A stretch of 64,000 nucleotides of DNA from Octopus bimaculoides (GCF_001194135.2 NC_068995.1:45690960-45754959); one strand, 5' to 3'; positions 25,025 to 38,418 are shown, numbered from the stretch's first letter. Notes: generated by a model not told the origin, from the sequence alone. Numbers and translations are program-made.

Positions 25025-26218
25025 GTGAGTAGTTTCTGTCCCACCCATTTGTGTTTCCTGTTCCTATCACTGAAGTAAAATAGCTGCATGGTTAAAGAAG
25101 TTGGCTATTGATCATGTATTCATAAGTTCAAGTTTTGACTAAAGCTGTAGCTGTTGCATTCTTGGGTAAGCTACATAAATTTGTATGGTTCAGTATGTCT
25201 GACTAAATGAAAATGGAAAAAACAGGTTCAATTGAGATTTTGGTTAGCACCATTTTTTTCTCTCTTTTGGTACAATCCAATGCCAAATGATGCCAACAGG
25301 TATGTTTTTGTATATTCTTTTGTTCCCTGTGCCCATAAACATTTTAGGCATACATCATTTTGGCAACTGCCCATTTCTAAGTAGTTCTGAGTCACCATAT
25401 TCAGGGGACATACATCACTTTGAAGGGTATTCATGCGAGAAAAAAACTGTTTCATAAAAAAAGATATTTTGTCCTTGCATGAAATGAAAAATGGATATAA
25501 AACAGCATTTAAAAAAAAAAAAAATGGTGGAGAACAAACATGTCAACATGAATGGTGAGCTGAGATGGATTGGTACAGCATTAGAAACCTCATCAAGCCG
25601 ATGTCTGTAGAAGAAGTGACTAAGCTGGGAGGGATGAGGGATGTGATTTAATGGAATGTTGGGTTGTGGTGTGCATATAAATACCTTGTGGGTATGGATA
25701 ACCCAAAGGTAACGTTTCAATAAGTATGAGGTCAGATCTTGGAAGGATGGGATTTGCAGGAAGATTCTAATAAGTTATTGCAGTTAACATTGATGGCATG
25801 GAGTAGTTCTTATCAGGTGTACTGCCACAGACACTTTGTATACAATTTGAACCATTCTGGGATTTCAATAATCAGCCTAGTTTGCATAATGAGACCTTTG
25901 GTTGTCCTCGTATTTCAAACTGCAAATGTGTGGTCCCTAAGTTCTTGAAGTGCATTTGATTGTTATACTGAGTTTTTGGTTTGCACCATTTTTTTCTCTT
26001 CTGGGACAATCTAATGCCAAACAATGCCAATGGATTTGTTGTTGCGTATTCTTTTAGTTGCAGTGCCCATAAGCATTTTAGGCATACATCATTTTGGCAA
26101 CGACCCATTACTGTTTTCTTGACTCAGCTTTTTCATTAACTGAAGAAATAATGAAGTTTATTATTGTAAGAACCCGATAGTCATGTCAACTAATGTGGTT
26201 CTGTTCCATTTCTGGCAG

Positions 26219-26296
26219 GATGGTGGTTCCTTGGATTTGATACTTAAAAAGGCAGGCAGAATTCCTGAGCCAATTTTAGGGAAAATAACTATAGCT
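26219..26296 (+). CDS. MAP2K1: MEK1/2 coding exon 4
   Basis: tggcag|...|gtaagt; [26 protein letters not shown]; 78 nt, same as human. Confidence 0.98.
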
Positions 26297-26789
26297 GTAA
26301 GTATATACCTTCTTTTCTTTCAATCTTTTATTTTTTGGAAGTTGTGTTTCGTCCTCTTGTCTGATCTGTGATTAATGGGAGCAATGGTCATCCCATCATC
26401 ATCATCATCATCGTTTAACGTCTGCTTTCCATGCTAGCATGGGTTGGACGCTTTGACTGAGGACTGGCAAACCAGATGGCTGCACCAGGCTCCAATCTGA
26501 TCTGGCAGAGTTTCTACAGCTGGATGCCCTTCCTAATGCCAACCACTCCGAGAGTGTAGTGGGGGCTTTTACATGCCATCGGCATGAGGGCCAATCAGGC
26601 AGTACTGGTAACGGCCACGCTCAAGTGGTATTTTTTACATGCCACCTGCACAAGAGCCAGTCCAGCGGCACTGGTAATGACCTTGCTTGAAAAATTATAT
26701 ATATATGTAATAGTAATATTGAGACTGTTTTCACAAATTTCATTCAATGTGTTTTTGTTGATTTTTTTTTTTTTTCTTCTTTCATTTAG

Positions 26790-26841
26790 GTTATGAAAGG
26801 TTTGAATTATCTGCGTGAAAAACACCAAATCATGCATCGAG
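26790..26841 (+). CDS. MAP2K1: MEK1/2 coding exon 5
   Basis: atttag|...|gtaagc; VMKGLNYLREKHQIMHR(D); 52 nt, same as human. Not in the ORF track. Confidence 0.97.
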
Positions 26842-27475
26842 GTAAGCTTTATATATTCAGTGAGAGAGGAGGGGAAGAGAAAAAGAAAGGAAAATAATTA
26901 TACAGGAGGAAGGACAGTAGGAGAAATAAGGAGAAACATGAAGGAGGAGAGAGAGAGGAACAGTGTGACGTTCAGGTGATGTGTGTTTGTGAGAGAGAGA
27001 GAGAGAGAGAGAGAGAAGCATGCTTTCATAATAAGAGACTGGTGCCAGTCGTCGAATTTAGTTCGGGAATATAAATTAACATCAGATTTTAATTGGGAAT
27101 TTTAATTTAGATCACTTTAGAATGGGAAGTCTATGCCTTAAAACCAAGGGTGGTCCTAAGCAGTTTGTTATGAAAAGGGTTAATCATAAATATCTTTGGT
27201 GTTAGAAAGGGCATCTAGTTGTAGAAACCATGCTGAATCAGAATGCAATCTGTTGCAGCTCCCCAGCTTTGCGGGTTTCAGTCAAACCGTCCAACCCATG
27301 CCAGCATGGAAAACAGACACTAAATGATGATGATATCTGTCTTTTTACTGTACAAAGCATAATTACTGTTAAAGGGAGTACTGGTGGAGAATTAACTGGT
27401 GCTAGAGGCAGAGATATGTAATGCAAGTGAATCCAAACACAGTCTTCATTGAAAAAACCATAAACTGCTTTAGGG

Positions 27476-27508
<33 letters not shown>

Positions 27509-27760
27509 AAATATTACTGATGACTTGAGATTGGTTGTGAAATGTGTTGTTAACATCTTATATCCATATTGTTTAACCCTTGGTCAGTCTTCATTCTCAC
27601 AGATCTTTGATCACAGTGGTCCAGCCATGACCATCCTGCCTTTTTTGTTTTCAGGATTAGGAATCTATTATCTAATGATGTGTCCTTTGCCCTGATTCCT
27701 CCTTTTTTTTTGCAAAGGACGTTGTTAGTAATTTGGTGGAGAATTGGTTGCTAATTCTAG

Positions 27761-28309
<549 letters not shown>

Positions 28310-29050
28310 TAGTTCTATAAATCAACCCCAGTACTTTTATTTTTTTTTAAGCCTCATACTTATACTTATTCTGTTGAACTCGTTTACTAAATAGATAAGC
28401 TACAGGGATGTAAACACACCAACACCAGTTGTCAAGAGGTGGTAAGGGACAGGACACAATGACTCACACACACACGATGGGCTTCTCTCAGAATGTCTAC
28501 CAAATCCACTCACAAGGCTTTGGTTGGACTGAAGTTAGAGAAGAAGACACTTGCTCAAGGTAGCATGCAGTGGGACTGAACCTGGAATCATGTGGTTGGG
28601 AAGCAAGCTTCTTACCACCCAGCCATGCCAATATATAAGAGATTAGGTGAAACACAAGGTTATATCTTTTGTTCCCTACACATGTTTCAACATTGTGGCT
28701 GTTTGCATCCTCTGCATTGGATGTTCCGAGTGCAGTTGGATGGTGAACCGCATCAAGGTAACGGAACACATTGTATTATGTTACAAAGATCAAATGTCTC
28801 TGAAGTGAAACATACGGAATAAATAATATAAGCTTGTGTTTATCATAATTTCTACATTTGTTCTGTATGTCATAACCTTTCTACTGTAGGCACAAGACCT
28901 GAAATTTGTGGGGAGGGGGTCAGTCGATTAGATCGACCCAAGTACGCAACTGGTACTTAATTTATTGACCCTGAAAGGATAAGTCGACCTCGGTGGAATT
29001 TGAACTCAGAACGTGAAGACAGACGAAATACCGCTTAGCATTTTGCCTGC

Positions 29051-30162
29051 CAGAAATTTGGAAACGACTTGCTGTACTGCTTGGCATTCGCACTGGAAGC
29101 TCCAATATGAACATTTCAGAGTGTTTGGATGTCAATCTGAGGACAGTGTAGAGGATTCAGAAAGAGTTGGATAAGTCTAATGGTGATCATGAAGGTACGG
29201 CAGCTTGAGAAACTCCTACTGATCATTCTAATAAAAAATGAACTCCTGAATTTGTTGGTGAGATCCAGGCTATGATTGACAATGATCCCTCCAAGTCAAT
29301 CAGGTCCATGACCAGAGACATGGGAGTGTGTGAGTTTATCAGGCGGGTAGCGCATTAAGACATTTGGTATTCCTCATACAAGATGAGAAAGGGCCAATTT
29401 TTATCCCAAGCCATCAGGACCGTGCTATGAAGCTTTTGAATAAACTCAAACATCCCCTCCAACTGAACATGCTTTGGTTTTTCTCAGATGAGAAAAATTT
29501 CTGCTACGATCAAATGGTAAACGCACAGAACAGCTGTTGGCTTACCATGTCCCCAGAACATGATGAAAAATCAAACATCCAGTCAACATCATGGTGTTTG
29601 GAGTATTCACTAGTGATGACGACCTTATGCCTCCATTCATCTTCCCACACGGCCTTAGATTCAACAAGAAGGCCTACATCAAGTGCTTGGAGGAAGTAGT
29701 GCTACCCTGGGTCAAGAGGGCGGCTGCTGGAAGACCCTATGTCTAGCAACAGGACTCTGCACCATGCCACAGAAACAGGAGAACCGAGTTGTGGCAGTCA
29801 GATAATTTCTGCAACCACATCACCCCTAACATCTGGCCACCTAACTCCTCATATTATGTGTGGGGGCACAGTTGAGCGAGAAACCAACAAAACTCCTTGT
29901 AATACCAAAGATGAACTGAAGGCAAGGATTACAGCCGCATTCACCAACTTAAAGAAGGAGACCGTCCAGAAGAGTCGCAGGAAATTCCGACATCATCCGG
30001 AGGCCATGACTTAAGGCCAATGGCGATTTTATTGAATAAATTTACTCTTTAGTATTTCAAGATATTTTTATGTAATTTTGGTAAATATATCTGTTAAAAT
30101 AAGATGTCAGTGTTATTTTCATTTTTGCATAATTTGGACGATAATTTATTCACCGCATCCTG
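29051..30162 (+). mobile_element. Decayed Tc1/mariner-superfamily transposon (maT/DD37D-like), 5' end truncated
   Basis: Broken transposase: EIWKRLAVLLGIRTGSSNMNISECL (HTH), NMLWFFSDEKNF, QQDSAPCH, IWPPNS..YYVWGTVERETNK. The 3' TIR ends caccgcatcctg followed by TA. Confidence 0.88.
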
Positions 30163-30189
30163 TATATTATTGCTTCTCTTTGCTGACAG

Positions 30190-30379
30190 CCTGAACGGTT
30201 ACAAGGAACTCAATACACAGTCCAGTCTGACATTTGGAGTGTCGGCCTATCACTAGTAGAGATGGCCATTGGGCGATATCCCATTCCCCCACCAGACCCT
30301 GAACACTTGGAAAGCATATTTGGTGATAACTGCATGGAAGAACATCGGGAAGCTGCAATGACAGGAAAACCCTTAAAAG
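30190..30379 (+). CDS. MAP2K1: MEK1/2 coding exon 7
   Basis: tgacag|...|gtgatt; [63 protein letters not shown]; 190 nt with phase-1 end. Not in the ORF track. Confidence 0.96.
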
Positions 30380-31272
30380 GTGATTGATTTATTAATGTTC
30401 TAATTGATCTGTCTTTAAATTAATTATTTATTTGTTTGTATCTAGGGTCCGGAGTTTTTTGGTCGTGGGTTGAGGCGTTTGTGGGTTTGTTTAGAATGAG
30501 ATAGGGAACATGTAGACGAATGAAGGGATTTGATACAGTCGGGGTTAGTGCTTAGTTGGAAAGCAATAAAGGCTAGTGGTTTGATAAATAAGGAATTTTC
30601 AGTGGGGTTTAGTTAGAATGAAGAAGGGTTAGGATTGAGACAAGTGTTTAGTACCATGTTACGAGATTGAGGTTCTTTGATTGCAGCAACAGCTGGAGCA
30701 ACTCCTGCATTGTAGGGTACTTGGGTTAGAGTATTTATAAATGTATAGAAAGAGCAGTGTCACCTAACATATGCTGTGCACGGGTGTATATAAGTATTAT
30801 TGACTGTTACTGGATGTATGCGACTGTCATTCAAATATAGAGTATAAAAAAAGTGAAATAGAGAAACACAAGTATTGGGTCTTACCAGGACACTCCGAAT
30901 ATACATACATACCTTGGGTCCAGTTGCTTAACTACTTACTGCCCACGTGATTGTAGGTTCAGGGCTTATAACAGTCATTGCTCTGTACATCTGTAGCAAG
31001 GTACGTAACTCTGCTGGCTTCACCTCCCTTCCCTTGACTGACATACAAAACCAGTTTTGCATTCAACTCCACAGTTGAGTGGTTGCATAGAGGGTGTTCA
31101 TCCAACTGTAAAAAGTACTTCTCCACCAAAGAAACCTCTCGTTTATGTAAGCTGGGGGAAATGTAAGACAGTAACATACACGCACACGTGTGTGCGTGTA
31201 CGTATAGTTTTCTGTATCATGTTTCAGAAGATAGACTTGTACTTGAAAAATATTTTTCTATCATTTGCTTTA

Positions 31273-31464
31273 CCCTTTAGCATTTAAACCAGCCATCTTC
31301 AAACTGGCCATGTCCAGTTTCTCACACCTACCACTCAGTGTCATTGGGAAAACCAATGTTCATATTGGTGAAATCTGAAAGCTGCAAGATAATGCATGGA
31401 TTACTTCAAATCAGTGTGAATAAATGACCATCACATTTGACAGATTAATATTAATGCTAAAGGG
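31273..31464. mobile_element. piggyBac-type MITE
   Basis: ccctttagcatt ... aatgctaaaggg-TTAA. Confidence 0.8.
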
Positions 31465-32888
31465 TTAATATATCACCTTTCTTTTTCTGACTGTTTTCCT
31501 CAGAAGAGAGAGGAGGAAAAAATGAAAGCTGTTTGATGTTAGGAGGAGAAATGTGATATGTAATGTGAACAATACAAAAATTCTATTAACGACAAGACAA
31601 AGTTACACCTCATTTTGAATCACGAATTCAAATTAAGAAGGCATCCACCTCTGTTTCTAATAATAACTGCTCTTTGGTTGTTGACCAGTCATCTGAACTG
31701 ACTACATAGAATAAATCTACTAAGTAAGATTTATTCATCCATACCATGAACTTTCTCTCATGAAAAACATTTTAAATTTAAATATCTGTTTGTTTTACTA
31801 TACAAAGTACAAATGTGAAAATATCTGAAATTATTCAAATTCTAGTATTATTAATTGTAATTAACATGTTTGTTTTAGTGGCATTGTTGTCTAAAATTAT
31901 CAATAGAAATGAGGAAATGTGCTGTGCGTGAGAAGACCCGGCAAGCTAAGTAAGATCGTTGCCAGTGCCCCTGGACTGGCTCTTGTGCGGGTGGCACATG
32001 AGATGCACCATTTTGAGCGTGGCCGTTGCCAGTACCGCCTGACTGGCTCCCGTAGGATTTTCGAGTGAGATCGTTGCCAGTGCCCCTGGACTGGCTTGTG
32101 CGGGTGGCACATAAAAGACACCATTTCGAGCGTGGCCGTTTTCGTACGGGTGACACGTAAAAGCACCCACTACACTCTCTGAGTGGTTGGCGTTAGGAAG
32201 GGCATCCAGCTGTAGAAACTCTGCCANNNNNNNNNNNNNNNNNNNNNNNNNNNNNNNNNNNNNNNNNNNNNNNNNNNNNNNNNNNNNNNNNNNNNNNNNN
32301 NNNNNNNNNNNNNNNNNNNNNNNNNNNNNNNNNNNNNNNNNNNNNNNNNNNNNNNNNNNNNNNNNNNNNNNNNNNNNNNNNNNNNNNNNNNNNNNNNNNN
32401 NNNNNNNNNNNNNNNNNNNNNNNNNNNNNNNNNNNNNNNNNNNNNNNNNNNNNNNNNNNNNNNNNNNNNNNNNNNNNNNNNNNNNNNNNNNNNNNNNNNN
32501 NNNNNNNNNNNNNNNNNNNNNNNNNNNNNNNNNNNNNNNNNNNNNNNNNNNNNNNNNNNNNNNNNNNNNNNNNNNNNNNNNNNNNNNNNNNNNNNNNNNN
32601 NNNNNNNNNNNNNNNNNNNNNNNNNNNNNNNNNNNNNNNNNNNNNNNNNNNNNNNNNNNNNNNNNNNNNNNNNNNNNNNNNNNNNNNNNNNNNNNNNNNN
32701 NNNNNNNNNNNNNNNNNNNNNNNNNNNNNNNNNNNNNNNNNNNNNNNNNNNNNNNNNNNNNNNNNNNNNNNNNNNNNNNNNNNNNNNNNNNNNNGAATAA
32801 TTGCCACATATCATATTTACAGATAAATTCCTCTTATTTACATAATATCGAGGTCTCTTTCATTCTTTTGTTGTCTTGCTATTTCTAT

Positions 32889-32949
<61 letters not shown>

Positions 32950-33782
32950 TCCACATACATGCATGTGTATTATTAATTTTTATGGCAAAGATTTTGGTCT
33001 GTACATCTTCTATCCTCATCTCTACCATCTGTCACACTCTGATGAACCTACCCAACCAGCCATCCTTGATTCTCTGCCCCTATTCCCTCTTTATTCACCT
33101 TCTTTTAACATGTGAGTATGCCCTGACACCTCCTTTCTACAATCCTTTCTCTCATTCCATCTGGGGTAGCCATGTATCCCCTCTGCAGCAAGATCCTTAT
33201 TCCTCTATCATACTTTAGGATCTCAACACTTGGCACAAAAGCCACCTCCACTCTATCAAGGGGTTTTGTCTTGTGAACTATTTGCTGACCCCACTTGTGC
33301 CAGTGGCACGAAAACAAAAAAAAAACATCTAATACACTCTGTAAAATAATTGATATTAGGAAGGGCATCCAGCTGTAGAAACCATGCTAAAGCAGACATT
33401 GATGTTCAATGTAGTTTTCTGGCACATTGGATCCTGTCAAACTGTCCAATCCATGCTAGCATGGAAGACAAACTTTAAATGAGGATGATGTTATATATTC
33501 CTAAACACCAATGTTGCATTTAAAAATAGAACCCCCCCCCCCCAAAGCTCACTGGCCACAAAGTATAAAATCTCTTGCTCTTTAAGTAACCATTCTCTCA
33601 GTTCTAGTGAACTGAGGAAGCAACCTATTTATGCTCTGATCCATTAGGTATGCTTGTTATTTTTACTTTTCGATGTCACATTAGGAATTCTGACATTCCC
33701 AGCACATGTAGAAGACACAAAGAAAATAAAACAATATGGAGGATCAATAAAACAGAAATTCTATTGCACAAATAGTGTCTTG

Positions 33783-33832
33783 GTTTCATCAGAGACTAAG
33801 CCAGTCCAGTCTGGCTTAGTCCCTGATGAAAC
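33783..33832. repeat. 22-bp near-perfect hairpin
   Basis: gtttcatcagagactaagccag - tccagt - ctggcttagtccctgatgaaac; 21/22 pairs. Confidence 0.9.
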
Positions 33833-34127
33833 ACACCATGTGCTCTAACATTATACACACTGAGACGCAAATAAAAGTCTAACAGACCCACCCTAATAAT
33901 TTCTACAGTCTTGTGATGTGTCAATGCCCCTCCCATCATCACGACCATGACAGTCAGTCTCACTCATCAAGTTAATCTGTCGTCTGTATTAATCTCAGTT
34001 AATTCATAATCCTTTTGTGTTGCATTAGTTTCAGACAATCATATTTTCGTATCTGTATTGAACCAGATCCAAAAGGAATTTTTTTGCTTTAAATTTCCTT
34101 CAATCAACCACCACCACCACCACCACC

Positions 34128-34161
<34 letters not shown>

Positions 34162-34329
34162 TCATCATGGTAATTAATATCATTGCTGTCCTTACCCATT
34201 ATGCTAATCAGTTATCGTCATTTACAATTTTCAGCATATTCCACAAACTTTCAGCTTCAAATATTATAAGAACCACCAATAAAGATTGCAGTTTTTATTC
34301 TACAATGTGTGTGTGTGTGGATAGTGTGC

Positions 34330-34610
34330 AGATATTTATTTCATGTACTGTTCATTCAAAGGTATCTTGTAGTGTAAAATCCAGCATCTGTTTTTATTCT
34401 CAAATTTATCTTTATACTTCCTATATATCTCCCTATCCAAAATAACTTCTTATAGTGATTTCTACTATTTCCTTCTATTTAACTCTCTCATATCGTCTCT
34501 GATGAGGGGATATCTTTTATATCCCTGAAACAGCTGTAAGACTACCTTTATCTTTATACATGTCCTAGAAATTTCACACTAACTTGGTTTTGTTGTCTCA
34601 TTTTACTTAA
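34330..34610 (+). mobile_element. Probable Penelope-like element terminal repeat (pLTR) remnant hosting the hammerhead
   Basis: Pyrimidine-rich flanks around a minimal hammerhead, the architecture known for Penelope-like elements and retrozymes. Boundaries approximate; class inferred. Confidence 0.45.
34495..34542 (+). ncRNA. Minimal type I hammerhead ribozyme motif
   Basis: GTCT (stem I) - CTGATGA core - GGGGATAT/ctttt/ATATCCCT (stem II) - GAAA - C AGCT G T (stem III with palindromic loop) - A (H17) - AGAC (stem I). Confidence 0.82.
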
Positions 34611-34952
34611 CACACACACACGTGTGTGTGTGTGTGTGTGTGTGTGTGATAAATGATAGAAAATGGAATGAACAACATTCTTGATTTAAAATTACTACAA
34701 TTGTTTCAACACATTTTTACACCTGTAGTACATTGGTGATTTGTTATGTAATCATTATCATACATCAAAGGTGTAAAATGAGCTTCTTCAGGTGATAGTT
34801 TAAATAAGTCCTTCAGAACTCTACAGATACTACAAAATTCCTGATGCATGTCCAGTAGCCGAAGCATTTCCACTGTTTGATGACATCAGATAGCCAGTGA
34901 CTGTGGACAAGCTTTGCATAGCATTCTACAAGATTTTTACCTGAATCTTTCT

Positions 34953-34991
<39 letters not shown>

Positions 34992-36319
34992 NNNNNNNNN
35001 NNNNNNNNNNNNNNNNNNNNNNNNNNNNNNNNNNNNNNNNNNNNNNNNNNNNNNNNNNNNNNNNNNNNNNNNNNNNNNNNNNNNNNNNNNNNNNNNNNNN
35101 NNNNNNNNNNNNNNNNNNNNNNNNNNNNNNNNNNNNNNNNNNNNNNNNNNNNNNNNNNNNNNNNNNNNNNNNNNNNNNNNNNNNNNNNNNNNNNNNNNNN
35201 NNNNNNNNNNNNNNNNNNNNNNNNNNNNNNNNNNNNNNNNNNNNNNNNNNNNNNNNNNNNNNNNNNNNNNNNNNNNNNNNNNNNNNNNNNNNNNNNNNNN
35301 NNNNNNNNNNNNNNNNNNNNNNNNNNNNNNNNNNNNNNNNNNNNNNNNNNNNNNNNNNNNNNNNNNNNNNNNNNNNNNNNNNNNNNNNNNNNNNNNNNNN
35401 NNNNNNNNNNNNNNNNNNNNNNNNNNNNNNNNNNNNNNNNNNNNNNNNNNNNNNNNNNNNNNNNNNNNNNNNNNNNNNNNNNNNNNNNNNNNNNNNNNNN
35501 NNNNNNNNNNNNNNNNNNNNNNNNNNNNNNNNNNNNNNNNNNNNNNNNNNNNNNNNNNNNNNNNNNNNNNNNNNNNNNNNNNNNNNNNNNNNNNNNNNNN
35601 NNNNNNNNNNNNNNNNNNNNNNNNNNNNNNNNNNNNNNNNNNNNNNNNNNNNNNNNNNNNNNNNNNNNNNNNNNNNNNNNNNNNNNNNNNNNNNNNNNNN
35701 NNNNNNNNNNNNNNNNNNNNNNNNNNNNNNNNNNNNNNNNNNNNNNNNNNNNNNNNNNNNNNNNNNNNNNNNNNNNNNNNNNNNNNNNNNNNNNNNNNNN
35801 NNNNNNNNNNNNNNNNNNNNNNNNNNNNNNNNNNNNNNNNNNNNNNNNNNNNNNNNNNNNNNNNNNNNNNNNNNNNNNNNNNNNNNNNNNNNNNNNNNNN
35901 NNNNNNNNNNNNNTATATATATATATATATATATATATAAATATAAATATAAATATATATATATATATACATACACACGTACATACATACTTACACATTC
36001 ATACTCACACATGCACACACACACACACCATATTGACATCTATAAATTCATCTTATCATTATTATTGTTATTATTATTATTGGCAGAATAGGTGGAGAAT
36101 TGGACAAAATGTCTTGCAGGACTTAGTCACTGGTACTTTATGTTCCAAGTACTTCAGTTGATAAAATAAAGTACCAATCAAGTAGTGAGAGGTGGTATAA
36201 TCCACTGCTCCACTCCCCTGGAATTTCTGGCATATTTGCCAATGTTAGAAATTATTATTGTTGTCGTTGTTAAGGCGGTGAGCTGGCAGGGTTGTTACAT
36301 CACCCCCCCCAATATTTGC

Positions 36320-36870
36320 TTGGTACGACCCCTGAAGGGCAAAGTCAATCTCATTGGAATTTGATCTCAGAATGTAAGGAGCTGGCAGAAATGCAGCTTA
36401 GCTTTTTGTCCAAGGCAGTAAGGGTTCTGCCGTCTTTCTGCCTCGATAATAATTCCTTCTATTAAAGGGGACTAGTTGATTACATCAACCCTTGGTGTTT
36501 CACCGGTACTTAATTTATCAACCTCGATAGTATGAGAGGCCAAGTCGGAATTTGAACTCAGAATATGAAGACGTACGAAATACTGCTAAGCATTTTGCTT
36601 GGCATGCTAACGAGTCTGCCAGCTTGCTACCTTAATTATGATAATCCTTTCTACTATAGGCACAAATCCTGAAATTTGCAGGGGGAGGGGGGTTAGTCGA
36701 TTACATTGACCCCAGTGTTTCGCTGGTACTTAATTTATCGACTCCAAAATGATGAAAGACAAAGTTGACGCTGGTGGAACTGGTGGAATTTGTACTCAGA
36801 ACATTGCAGCAGACAAAATACCGCTAAGCATTTCACCTGGCGTGCTAACGATTCTGCCAACTCGTTGCCT
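36320..36870 (-). mobile_element. Three tandem family B SINEs
   Basis: Repeated ggaatttgaactcagaa...ctaagcatttt...ctgcc units; + strand copies just upstream (~36085-36300). Confidence 0.78.
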
Positions 36871-37499
36871 TAATTATAGTAGTAATAATAATAATAATAA
36901 TGATGGTGATGTCAATACTCTCACAAACTCTTCCACCTCTTAAAATCCTGCTAAANNNNNNNNNNNNNNNNNNNNNNNNNNNNNNNNNNNNNNNNNNNNN
37001 NNNNNNNNNNNNNNNNNNNNNNNNNNNNNNNNNNNNNNNNNNNNNNNNNNNNNNNNNNNNNNNNNNNNNNNNNNNNNNNNNNNNNNNNNNNNNNNNNNNN
37101 NNNNNNNNNNNNNNNNNNNNNNNNNNNNNNNNNNNNNNNNNNNNNNNNNNNNNNNNNNNNNNNNNNNNNNNNNNNNNNNNNNNNNNNNNNNNNNNNNNNN
37201 NNNNNNNNNNTCCATGACTTCCTTATTGCTATTGCTGCTGCCACCACCACCACCACCACCACCACCTGTACTACTGTACAGCTCCATCTCTGGATTCAGA
37301 TTGTCTGGATTCAGATTGTCTGGATTCTGTAAAAGAGAAACAAAACAAAAAAAAAATCCAGCCTGCTTGTTTATTGTTTTTTCTTTTTGTTTTTTTCTGT
37401 GTGTGTATGTTTGTGTATATTTTATGCGTGTGTTGTGTCTACCTCTTTGGTCTGTTTATATTAAGTTGCCATTTTTTTCTGCTTTTTTCTTGCCTTCAG

Positions 37500-37594
37500 A
37501 TAGCCGAAGTAACGTTAGCTTCCAAAGTCCACCAGGCAGTGACGGGCCTCGTCCGATGGCCATTTTTGAGTTGTTAGATTATATCGTAAATGAG
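37500..37594 (+). CDS. MAP2K1: MEK1/2 coding exon 8
   Basis: cttcag|...|gtacgt; (D)SRSNVSFQSPPGSDGPRPMAIFELLDYIVNE; 95 nt, phases 1 to 0. Confidence 0.94.
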
Positions 37595-38418
37595 GTACGT
37601 TGTGTGGGAAGAAAAAAAAAAAGAACAAAAGAAAAAAAAACACCGGTTTTCTTTATACTAACCCATATCATTTTTCTTCATCGATACATCATTCTTGCTA
37701 TTTGACGCTCGTTACCACGGAGACCTCTATCTTTGGATGATTTCTTATCGTCAACCACTTCTCTTCTTCGACACACTCCTGTTTGTTTCTGTCTGTCTGT
37801 GTAACTATTTGTTCAAACAGGTATAAACATATGTGTTCATGTGTGTGTGTATTTGTGTGCTCACACACATACACACACACACATTAGTGTGTATAGGTAT
37901 ATACTTATACACTGCACATGGGTTGTGCAGGTGTAGGTAGGGTTGCATGGTTAAGACGTTTGGTTCACAATAACACAGTTTCTGGTTCAGTCCCATTGCA
38001 CAGTATCTTGGGCAAGTGTTTTCTACTTTGGTTCCACACTGACCAAAGCCTTGTGAATGGATTTGCTGGATGGAAATTGAAAGTAGTCTGTTGTGTGTGT
38101 GTTTGTGTACACACACACACATGCTGCACTTGAACATTGTATACAATAAGTTCATAGTTTTACACACACACACACACACACACTCAAAAATCCATCTCTC
38201 CAATTTCCCTAGCAAGGTTCAGGTTCATCTGAACCTTTAGAGAATGACCCTTGCCCAAGAAACTACACAGAGGAATTGAACCAGAGACCTTATGGTTGGA
38301 ATGTCAACTTGTTGATCATCCAGTCATGTTGCACCTGTATACATCACCCATATATTATTTATACATATGGTCTCTGTTGTTACAACTAATTGTTGTAACA
38401 ACAACAAAACACATAAAG

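Noticed and set aside
27517-27545. CTGATGA...GAAA as another hammerhead
   Set aside because: Neither stem I nor stem II can form.
28748-28800. PHQGNGTHC resembling exon 7 (PERLQGTHY)
   Set aside because: Chance similarity; the true exon 7 is at 30190 with near-full identity.
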